Part shown: positions 12,301 through 24,300 of the stretch, one piece after another
How the letters are laid out: the number at the start of each line of letters is the position of its first letter
Numbering within the stretch: position 1 is the stretch's first letter
DNA from: Phoronis australis
Lineage: Eukaryota; Animalia; Phoronida
Direction: 5' to 3'
NCBI GenBank assembly: GCA_002633005.1
Contig: NMRA01000073.1
Span: 230,365 to 294,364 of the forward strand
DNA: 64,000 nucleotides
Program-made: the position numbers and the translations under genes
Notes under the pieces: generated by a model
What the model was told of the DNA's origin: nothing
Seen by the model: the letters and a program-made list of their open reading frames with translations, nothing else
Database searches by the model: none

Positions 12301-15300
12301 AATAACGTCGATCACTAGACACGGATACTCTTAGATTAATTGGTGGGGGAGCTGAAAATAATTGTCAAAATACACGATGAATGCAATCTACATTAGTGCC
12401 ATTGTTAAATGGCGATATTAATGGTGATATATAACAATTGTAATCGGTTCCACTTTCGGCATGCTGCACACCAGAGTTGCTAATTTTAGAGCTGAAAATT
12501 TGAGAGACCCAGCAAAAGTATATTTCCAGAAAGTACAAAGGAGAAAAATTTTGATTTCTTACGCATCTGACATCAATTGCGTCACGTGAAAACGTCTTTT
12601 TGGAAAATGTAGCAAAAAAGAAAGTACATCGATAAAAAACCACCATATCAACATTACCATATTTTGTTGCACACGAATGTTCAAGATGAAGTCTCAAAAA
12701 GTGGTTTTCTAAATTACCATTTCGTTCTCGTTTTATGCATCTTTCATTTTTTCATGGAAAACAACAAACTTATTTTTGATAGTCCATCACACAAAAGGGG
12801 GACATTTCAGAAACAATTCCTAGCACTGTTTCTTGGAATATTAACTGAAACATGAATAACATTCTGATTATCCTTTAAGTTTGTTAAGACATTTTCCATT
12901 CATCCAACATAAACTTGACATGCAAGGGTCTAGGAGCGTATGCCAACATGTCCTTATGCGCAGAACCTGGCTACACTATAAGAGTTCACACTGCAACAGT
13001 ACGAACTGATTAAGGCCACCGTAAGCACTTCTAAGAAGCGAGAAGTGGAAGGGGCGAGAATTTTCAATAGTTCGCGGTCCACTTGAAGCGCCATCAAGAC
13101 CCATAGGCGGATTTAGGGGGGGNNNNNNAGGGGGCCCGGCCCCCCCTTGGCTGCCGGAAAAAATAAAACAGCAAGAGCGTAGGGAAATGTTGAGTTTATT
13201 AATTAACCCCGCACTACGACTCCGTTTCCGTCGTCTGCTTCACTGTGCATTGAAGAAAATTACTTCGTTTTTTAAAGAAATTGGAATCTGAGTGACGATG
13301 AAAAAACAGAAGGTGCTGGTAAGATGTGAATTTTAATCGAAGCTCCAGTGAATCACTCAGAAACTCATAATTATCTCTTTGTCAAACCTTAACTTAAGAC
13401 GATTTCCAAAGCAATCGCGTCATTAATGCCAACACAAAAAACGGATTTGGTCTTTTTGGGCAATTGAAGACTATTTTAAATACAACAAATTTGTTACGAA
13501 CTGATTGCACAAAGTATAAAAAGTGTAATAAGCATTACAAAAAGAAGTACGTTTCACGCGCAAACGCTGTGGACCATAAACAAGTAGGTCTCTTATTACA
13601 AACTTTTGAGTGAAGTCGTCGTGGTGTAGTGGTAAAGTACGCTTGCTCTTTTAAAGCCAGGTCGTGAGTTCGAGTCTGTGATAATTGTAGTTTTTCATGT
13701 TTAACACGTTCGCCGTGTCTTTCTTTCCTTTTTCTTTTTCTTTGCCTTTTTTCTTGGATAATACTTCAGGAATCAAGGAAAATGCTTGATTTTCAGAGGA
13801 AAAAACAGGCGAAGCCCCCTCCCGACCTCCCCCCATTCGGTGCTATGCGCATCTAATCGTGCTTTGCACAATTTTTTTCAGGCAACATGTTGTGATATCC
13901 TAGATCTGCCACTGAGACCAGTGTATTGACTGACAACAGCAAAAACTTTGCTAAGCTGCGACCTATTAGTAGGTGAAATTCATCGGAACACCTGTACTAA
14001 AGACATGGCTTCGTAACTGCGTGTGCGAAAATCTGTTTGCGATCCCTTACAACGGTCACTGCGAGCAAGGTTGAAGGGAATTAGTCGCGTGAGACGAAAA
14101 TAGTGCGACTGACATCTGCCAGTCGTTCTGTTCCTTTACCATGAAGAGAAGCCCTAAAGTTACGAAATTTCTTTTTTCGAGTTGCTGTACGTCCCGGCAA
14201 CGAGACGTCCTGTACATTTCCTGAGTGACATTTGGACTACGAAGGCCACGAGAAGGCTCGAAATTCTTAACAGTAAGTCTATGTCTCTGAGCTCAAGAAC
14301 CGCCTGGAAGAGACACACACAGTGGCTAGGACATGCTTGTTTAATGCTAAACGTCAACAAGGTAGCAAGAACAGGACAGTTTTGAGGGAGACAGATATTG
14401 CCTGTGTTACTTCCCACAGCCCACATAGTGTACATTCAGCGGAGGAATACACATATGAAACATAATATTGACAGACAATTAGGAGCTAAAAGTTAATTTC
14501 CCCTTGGCAGGGATGCATTTTCAGTTCCCGCACACTGGTTTTAGCTATTTTCGTTTCACTTATTTAATAACAGTTTGCACTTGACCGGCCCGACGTAGGA
14601 GAGTTCATGACATTCACTAGGTATTGTTCACGGAGGAATGCTTAACATTCTAGAAGGTTCCAGTATATTAGTGAATGATAAAATATTGTTAACTGGGTCA
14701 TTCTAGACGCCTAACACATATTTGTTGAATTATTGGGTAGATTCGAAAAAGTTATGGAATGTGCTCGGGTTGCTGAAAAGTTCCAAAACATTGCTGTACT
14801 TAAAATACTCAGAAACAAGTTAGTGAAGGTCAGTCGCTGATTTTGCTACTTAAACAGTCAAAGAGTGAGTCAGTTCCTGAAAATAACCGAGCAGTTCATC
14901 GCAAGTCAAGGTTTCTCAGCACCATTAAAACAACCATTACGTCGAATGCGTAGTGTGATAGGTTGACTTAACTGGAACTGTTCTTCAGTCTATCACCGAA
15001 CAGGAAGTTATTAGCACCAGGCAGGGACGTCCTTCGCCGCGTCCACCCATTGTAACAGCGTGCATTACATTTATTTACGCGGATTACTATGAATGTAAAT
15101 TTCAGATCAGTGAGCATTTCACCTTAATGTGTGGGGGTAGCAACGACGTCTCGAATGTTCGATTTAATGGAGCAGACGATTCGAAGATTTTGGATGGTCT
15201 GGTTCACTCTTCTGTGGCCAAGGGACAAAAGCAATTTTCGAGTCTCGGTACCCAAAATGTGTTTTTTTCCATTAATGTATGGTTTCATAAGGGTTATTAC

Positions 15301-18300
15301 AGTTAATTTACAATAATACACTACGCTTTTAAAACTTTTGAAGTTTTAATACTAACTACTGTAGTTGCCATGTGTTATAACAGCTGCATAGACACCATAG
15401 ATGTCCACCAGGTCGACGCGCCACCAAGGATTTTGTTCCCATGAGGACGAAAGACTCAAGGACCGATCTACACCGCCGCAATTAACAGTGGTATTTCTTC
15501 TTGAAGACCATTCTGTAGCCTTTTCTTCAGCGATATTTCCTGATGCAAAGATATATATGAGATAGTAATTGCATGCCAAACATCAGAACTCAATCGTCAA
15601 TCAAAACGTGAAAGCAAAACAAAACGAAACAAAACTAAACAAAACAAAACAAAACACAGCAAGACCTTGACCATCAAATTAGGTTTGACCCCGATGTCCA
15701 AACAAATTGAGATCGCAAAACACACAGAGGTTACGCGACTAGCTAAAAGTATGAAAACAAATTGTTGTCGTAACATAAAATGTATACACTTACACTGTTT
15801 AAGCTCAAATTTCACTCCTTGTGGCAATTCGTGTTTGCATGTTTCATAATCAATAGTCTTTCCTATACATTATCAATTTTAGAAAATGATATCTGTCAAT
15901 TACCTGCTCTAGAGACCCCATGCACCTCAACCTCACATAGAGCCAGGTGCCCAAAGCCCTCCAACTGTACGTGCAGAAATCGCCCGTACACATCCCTTGA
16001 GCATTCCACACGCTCGACGTCAAAGCTTTTGACATTCAAAGTGTTGCAGATCTGGCCAGGATTGTCTAATTTTGAGCTGTTGGAAGTCATAATTACCAAC
16101 GACACGACGCCACCTGAAATGAGCAGCAAACGTGCAAAGTGAGAACCATAAATACTAAGGCTAAATTAAACACTTCATCAGAAGGTGAAATGAACAGCTC
16201 GACTATGTTTACCAAGTTAGACATTCGACAAATTATTCTACACGCAAGTGATCCTCGGCACTAAACTTCCCGAAGCCTTTGCAGCCCTGATATGAGAGTT
16301 GCTCTCGGAAAATAACTTTCATTGAAAGAACGGGAAATCACTAGATGAGACAATAAAACGGAGACAACTTAGGATATCACGCTTTTACGGCCAATAACCA
16401 AACCATGCCACACGGAACTGTACATTAAGAACATACTTGCAGAAGGATAGCTCGTTGTAATCGAAACAGCAAATATATTGTGGACCTCCAGTAAGTCTAT
16501 AGACAGCGCAGGGTTAGATTCAGTGGAGGTTGCGACCATTTGAGTTGTACCCATGCAGTCACGATAACCGTCGACAGCCTTTGTAGCGTTTGTCCCCTCC
16601 GTGCCATAGGAAGTCGCCCAAACCTTTTTGTTGAGGGCAACGTTAACTGTAATACCCGAGACGTATTATCAAGTTCCCTGTCACAGTTATACGTTGGATA
16701 TTATCACCATTTGTAAGGTGATCTTACCGCACATTGTTGCAGGATGTATATTGTCTAGATCGTTTCCAAATTCCAGACTTCAATGATCTGATGGTTTCAG
16801 TTGATGAAGCGCAACTTGAAACCTAGGTCTTTAAATTTCACGCACATTGTCTAGACTTATCACTCAATCAATCAATTTTATAGACGAATAAATACGGGAG
16901 CGCCAAAATTACATTGGTGGCAGATAATTTTCGTAAAAATGCATTTCTCGCCAAGGCAGTGTCAAAGTCCACCGTCACCTAAGTCATGGACTATGGTTAC
17001 ATTTGGTCCCGTGGAGGAATCATGGGTAAATTTAAAAACAAGCACGCCTTCTGTCACAAATTAAAGGTTGGCTTAGACTATGTAGCCCAGTTGTCAAATC
17101 GGTTTCATCTGGCTCCTTACTCAGACTAGAAATGATTTCAAGAGTTGAAAACTGGCAAGTCATTACAACTGCAGGCCAGGTCCTTCCAGTTGCTTGCAGG
17201 GGCGAGCAGGTTTCAGTCTCTAATGCTGAATTCCCGTCACAATATTTCAGGAGGTTTATTGTGTCAACTACAAATGTGATGACATTGCTTTGGAAGCGCA
17301 AAAATGCCTTTGAGAAAAATTGATATTCGCTTAACCCCAGAGCTTGGTTCGCAGAGGATTTAATACGAAAGGGTGTGTTCCAGTAAACGGATTCCGCCCA
17401 TTTCTTGTCAGATCGAGTCTCTACCGGGACAGTTCTCCTGTATCAAGGGTCTACACCTGTATAACTACTGTTTTGTGAAGTTTGATTTGCAGCATTTAAC
17501 ATACCCGGTTTGTTTCAAATATTCTTCAGAAGCGGTTTCATGCAATTATCGTTGCATCAAAGTTGTGTTTACCCGACAATGAACCTGGTACGTAGAATAT
17601 CTGGTGAAATTAAATCGCCTTTAGATGTACTCCGACTTACAGTGTAGGAGAGGCTATAGTTTACTTTAACCAACTTACACATGCCGGAGTATTTGTACCC
17701 CTTTTGAAACATAATAAAGTTTTTCATATCGTACCTTCCATCGGTATTCCATATATTCGGAGCATCATTATCTGTAAGTAATTTGTGGCCGTGTCGCCTT
17801 GAATTTGCACGTATGCAAATCGACCAAAGACGTAGTGATCGTCACACATGAAAGAATAATGCAGGGTTTTTACACACTGCTGGTGTTTGGCTGAAGTGGT
17901 CGACACGTTTGTGACTTTAAGGCCAAGACCTTGAATACTGCCGTATATGTATCCCCCGTACACCGCGTAGATGCCTTTTAAGTCCACCATCCACCAAGGC
18001 TGAATCTCGAAGTTAAAAGTTCTAGAATACGTAGAGTACGACCAGTCTGTAGCATAATGTGCCTTGTGATGGGGAAGGCTTGATGACTGGACCGGGTGAC
18101 GCCTAAATGCAACATCACCTAAAAGCAGCAAAGAGAGCTTGAGTAAACAAGTAATAGAGGCTTTTATATTGTTACATAACTATGGGTTGACTCAAAGTTA
18201 CTAGGGCAGACTATGTAGACGTGGCTCATGTTACCAGGGAAGTGCATGCAGACGTAGTTGATGTTACTAGGGAAGTGCATGCAGACGTAGTTGATGTTAC

Positions 18301-21300
18301 TAGGGAAGTGCATGCAGACGTAGTTGATGTTAGTAAGTAAGTGGATGTAAGCGTAGTTGAGTAGTTGATGTTACTAGGGAAGTGCATGTAGACGTAGTTG
18401 ATGTTACTAGGGAAGCGCATGTAGACGTAGTTGATGTTACTAGGGAAGTGCATGTAGGCGTAGTTGATGTTACTTGGTAAGTGCATGTAGACGTAGTTGA
18501 TGTTACTAGGGAAGTGCGTGTAGACGTAGTTGATTTTACTAGGGATGTGCGTGTAGACGTAGTTGATGTTACTAGGGAAGTGCGTGTAGACGTAGTTGAT
18601 GTGACTAGGGAAGTGCGTGTAGACGTAGATGATGTCGCTAGGGAAGTACATGTGACGTAGTTGATGTTACCATGGACGTACATGTATACACTTGTTGTAC
18701 CGAATGCGCGTAATAAAACGTGTCATTTTCTAGGATGTGACGTGATTTTTGGATTTGGGAAGAACTGACATGCCAATGTTGTTTGATTCGCTGCTCGGTG
18801 CACAATAACGGTCTTTGTGCACCACCAAATGAATTCTAATCTGAGATTTCATTTGGGGACGCAAAAAGAATTGGCAGTTCTTTATTCTTTGATGTCGGTC
18901 AATAACTGACTTAACCCTAACAATGTTCTTCAGCCACTCACGAAAATGCTTCAGTGTTTACTTGAATTGGCCAATTCTAAAACTGGGCGTTCGAAAATGA
19001 GGCATGTGCATATTGCCTGTAACTTGAGTTTTCAAATTATTCAGCAAGAATTCAAAACCGAATAAGCGCTTCGGTTGAGAACTCATCACTGACAACTACA
19101 CAACATCGAAATGCTCCGACTGAATTCTTGCTGATTTTAAATTCGTACTGTTAACTCGTGCTCCAAACACTTTAACGTCACAGAGGTGAAGCTGACCCTC
19201 AGACAGTCGTGTCACCTTCACAAAGCGCCCGATTGTACCCGGCAAGCAATGTATCTGTATCGCGTTGCGCGATTGTATCTTGTCTGGCCAAGGATCACAG
19301 GAGTGGCTGAGTGCGCCCTCGCTCGTAAAGTTCACGACTTGGATGAGATGGTCGGATATATTCGTACCTAGAGCGAAATTGACATGTAACTCAGAAAACA
19401 GAAACAGCGATGCAGTAAAGTTGAAGTACACATAAAATGACCAAAAGACGTATATTTGGGAAACTGAGGGCAGTATAACGCAGCGGTTTGGGCAGTGAAC
19501 TCAGGGACTTGTGTGGATCCGGTTCGAGTCCCGTGTTCTCTGACGGATCATTCTAAAACCCCTTCGACCCCCACGGCCCACAACCCCCTCGATCCAGTCT
19601 ACACAAGCTCGACTCGATCTGAACATAGAACAAGCGCTGAGTTGCAAGACCAACCAGTCTGAGTGTGAGCTCGGCTGGCTTTTTTGCGAGAGTCGATTCG
19701 TCTAGTTTGAAAGCCAAAAACAGAAGAAAAAACGTGAACAAACGAAATCAACGACTTGCCAACGTTACAAATGTTACTCCTGGCAAATTCGCGTGGAGGT
19801 AAGTCGTAATGGAAAGTCACTCAGCGACATAATATGATTATGAAATTTGCAAAAAGCGCAAAGATACATCCATTGCCACAGGTCGTGGGTAGAGGAGAGT
19901 GTGGGTGATGGGGGTCGTGGTTCGATGGGGTCATGGGGTGTGGAGGCCGATGAGGTTTTAGAACAATCTTCTGACAGACTATAAACACTACACTCGCTGA
20001 AGTTGCGTTTTGCTAATGAGGCCAGTGGGGTTGAAGTCGCCACTGGATATCTGAGGTGCCAATTCGGACGCTGCATACCCTCTGACACAGCGCTACCTAT
20101 ACTAAAAAGTGTCCCTGTAGAAACATGATGAACGACACACGGAATGTGGGCATCAATGGGCATGCCTTGATCGGAAGTATACCGATCACATCGCCACCAC
20201 TTGCACACGCCTTTATGCACTTTACCTGTTTGTGTTTAAGCCACTGGATCAAGGTTCCCTTGATTTTGTTTACTTCGATCACTGCCAGTTTTAATTAAAG
20301 GAGAATGCCACCCGATTTAATTAGTCTTTTTTGCCGTCTTAATCGGTCTATATCCACATTGCCTCGCATACGGCCGACCTTAACTTGCCGAGAGGTGTCG
20401 CGTTAACCTGTGAGGAAGGTGAGAAACGACGCAACGACGTCAGTGGTTCATTTGCAGAGAGAATGCCTCTATGTTGCGATGCATCGTTCCCGCTTGTCCA
20501 AACTATACAGCTGCGAGGAAAGCGGGTATATCGTTTTTTCAACTACCTCGAGAGTTCGAAATGCTTAGGAAATGGCTCGCAGTAATGAAGAATGAAAAAT
20601 ACGCGGTAAACTGCAAATAGCAAGTATGAGGCCGTAGAAACATCTCCGTGTATCTGGCCTGCAGTCATCAACAGTGCCTGACGAATGCCGGCTTACCAAA
20701 AGCTCGCCGGGATAACGAGTCAGTCCGGCCACGACGGGCCCGATCGGGCTCCGAGCCACTGGCCGGGATAACAAGCGTTTTGTGTGTTTAGAACTAAAAA
20801 AATCACAAGTCTAAACAACAAAAACTTAGGTTCTCCTGTCTGTATCTCACGGAAAAATACTTCGAATATATCTCCGAACAGACCCCGAACTCCTGCTACG
20901 GACCTTGCCTGCCGAACTCTGTAGGCTACGGTGTGTCCAAATACCAATAAATGCGTAAACAGCGAAATAAAACAACACGTTTTATAAGAACTCGGTGTAT
21001 TTTTAAAGGTTGTACATCGAAGTTTGGTGATTTATTGGTGTTAAACGATGAATATAAACGATAAGCTGACACCACTAACCCGTGTTGTGATTGCTGAACA
21101 GACTGTGTGCGAAACCAATTACGTCACTGGATAATTTTAACTCCTCCGTCTGACGTCAGGTGTCAGGTAACGCAACCGTACGTGCCGTTATCGAGTAGAA
21201 CTACTCGATCTAAATTGATACAAATTAGGTTGTTTTTGGGTGGCATGCTCCTTTAATTGCAAGTATTCGAATCAAAGGTGATCGCCATACTACGTAACAG

Positions 21301-24300
21301 TAAACTGAAAAGTGTTTCCCAGATTTCAACCAATGGGAATGACTGACGTCGGTTTCATTACTTTAACCAATGAGAAGCCTTATTAAACAACATTCGTAGC
21401 ACTGAAAAAAGTGTAGACGCTGCATGGCATTGTCTGCCAGGTTAATGCTAACCTCTAATTATCCGTGTACTTACCAACCATAATGATGACGCTGTCAATA
21501 TCAACAGTGGCCTGCAAATCAACAGTCCACGACTGACCACTTGTGTCTCGTAATAATGAACACGTAGCGTCATCATCATCTACCCCAAGTGCCGAACTCA
21601 ACGTACCCACTGTGGAAGATTGTACGGTTGGTTTGTTCAAGGCAAGATTCGCTGCAAGACGACAGAGTATTACGTTAGGGTTCGTTTTCTGTCAAGTGTA
21701 GTGTGGTTTAAAGTAAAGTTGCACCCAATCCCAGAGTACATAAGCGCACTCCCTTTATTTTGAATAGAATGATGCGGTATCTCAGTTGATCTAGAATATC
21801 GCATGGCCGGAGTGGAGACGGGGCAAGGAAAAGGAAAGACAATTGTTATTGCGACTCTAGAAATGGCATGGCTTTGTTTTTGGCTGTGCCCTCCGTCAAA
21901 TAAACCTGTAGTTGCGTCTTGGTCATTAGTTCTCACATATTTTCCATTTGTTCTGTGACAACGAAGACGCGTAATCTAGAGTAACAGTGTCTGCGATTAA
22001 CAGCACGTAGGTTCCCAAAATCGTATAGAATTTCAGCGATTACTAAAAAAGTAAAAGAGGTATTGTGAGTACCGTACAAAGGCTCTCAAAGGGCACTGAT
22101 TAAAAATTTCCTAACAAAAGCCACGTCATAGATCATTGTTGCTTGTGAGATGGTGAGCAATCAGTCTAGTAGATCGGGCTAAGCTTCAAAAAGTGGAACA
22201 TTACATAGTCTTGTAACCCGTATGTAAATAGCTATCTACAGCTCGACAAAGCAGTAGACCCTTGAAAAACAATTTTGCCCAAATTGTGCAAATTACAATC
22301 GTACCTGTTGTACTTGCAAGATTTAAATCAAGCAAAATATAGTACCAGCTCCTAAACAAAACAGAAAAAGTCACTTAATGAAAGAAGTAGGCAGTATATG
22401 CAGAAATGTCAACATTTTCCATATTATGTATCAAACTCGACGCCATTTTGTCTGTGCACAACTCTGGTATAAGCTAATGTCGTAATTTGTGATAACATGT
22501 CAGAAGTTAACCTACTGGCCTCTGTTTACTTGGATGCCATTTTGAAACGAGAGCAATCCTCGGGATCTTATTCTGGCGGAAGCAGCAACAGGTGAAGGAG
22601 TTAATTAACAGCTTATTATTTAAAATGACTTATTCTTATTAAATTGACATAGGCAGAAAATTGAATTTTGGGCCTAAAAAGCGAGGCCCCCTATATTAAT
22701 ATAGGGGGCCTCGCCGAAAGGCGGCCGAAGAGCGGGGCCCTCCATATTAATATAGGCGGCCTAGCTTTTTAGGCCCAAAATTCATTTTTCTGCCTATGTC
22801 ATTTTAATAAGAATAAGTCATTTTAAATAATAAGCTGTTTATGCTTTTGCAAGAGGCCTTTTAAGAATAGATTTCATTAATTTGGGATTGCGAATTCTTG
22901 TTTAGGAAACGTCATCAGAACAGGAGATAACTATGTTATAAATCATGCATCATTTGAAGCCACTGTGAAGTAGCGCATTCCATTTTTTTTTGAAATTCGC
23001 TCTTGGCAAAAATGGCAAAAACCAACACACGTGGGTAGCATTGGTTTGTGACAGTACTCAAAAGCGAGACAGTTGGACATTATGAAATACTGCTGGAAGG
23101 ACTTATGCGTTAAGAAAGAATCGCTGAACACGACAGTTATTAGAGTAAAATGAGAGTGGAGTAATAGGGACACGAAAGTTACCTCTAAATAAACTGCCAT
23201 ATACTTGAACTTCACAAAGACTGAGGCTTGTCGGCGAGTGTCCATGAACAGAAATCTCGATAAGCCTAGCCAGGTAGGATACGGTTCTGTTGCATTTCAA
23301 TCTCACAGTAGATTGCTCAGCCAATGGTTCAGAAACCAACCCACACTGGGAAGATGTAGCATAGCGCCCAGTTGTATTAAGCAAAGTAATGCTTAAATAG
23401 TTCAAATGAGTATCTAAAAGAGACAAAAACGTTTTACAAGGCATATTAAAATAGAATAATCATGTGAACTTACACAGTCAAAACTGTTACTACTGTAAAA
23501 AAATCACTTACAACCACAAGGTGTTTTTCTACAAGAAAGAGGGCGACACGGTCTAGACTTTAGGGCCTCAAAGAAAATGGCCGGCGTTTTCCTATGTCTT
23601 GCAAAAACTCTTCCTGTGGATTGAAAACAAGTTTTCACAGTCAGGACAGTTGTGTATCTGTGAGGATTTAATCACTTTTACTACACCACATAATCAGTTA
23701 TTGAAAGAGATTGGTGGGTACGCCAACAAACCGGTTTAGTGTTTACGTTCACGACTTTAGGTCCTCGGTGTGTATACTTTGTTCGCACGCCGATTTTTTG
23801 TGCTTTTGGGGATAAGTATTGGACTTATAAAACCTCCAAAATGGTTTAAGATTATATTTACTTTTTGGTAAACAACAACGCAAAAATATTTGCTATAATG
23901 CTGATTTAGTATAAAAGCTAGCTTAATAACAGATTTACTAACATGACAGAAAATATTGAGACTCTGAAATGTTAATACGAGTAGGGGTATTAAGTTTTCA
24001 TCAACATAATCGCAAAATAACAAAAGAACACATCGTGGACAAAATGTAAAAACTAGGAGGCTGCAGTACACTCGTGAATTGCAAATAAATACCATGGACA
24101 CCATTGTGTTCATCACAAATTCTTACGGAAATCTAAAGATTCGAAAGTGCTTTGCACTGCCGTTGTACAATCAACTTACCGAAACTTTGAGTGAAGTTTA
24201 CAAGAGAGACATTTAGTACGTAAAGAATTCCAGTAAATTGTAGTCTCCACCATGGATTTACTTCTTCAGAAGTAGTTGCGCACGTAGAGAAAGAGCCGTC

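Noticed and set aside
14140-14303. Exon-like segment (cttccag|...CATG|gtaaag) in the FTLD5 intron
   Set aside because: 164 nt with stops in all three frames and no domain similarity; at most a poison or UTR exon.
18226-18683. 141-aa and 117-aa repetitive ORFs; superficially CRISPR-like periodicity
   Set aside because: Pure 33-bp tandem repeat with no unique spacers, in eukaryotic intronic context.
19466-19541. Functional tRNA (a TCA triplet could suggest a Sec/suppressor tRNA)
   Set aside because: Anticodon and D stems do not pair properly and there is no long variable arm.
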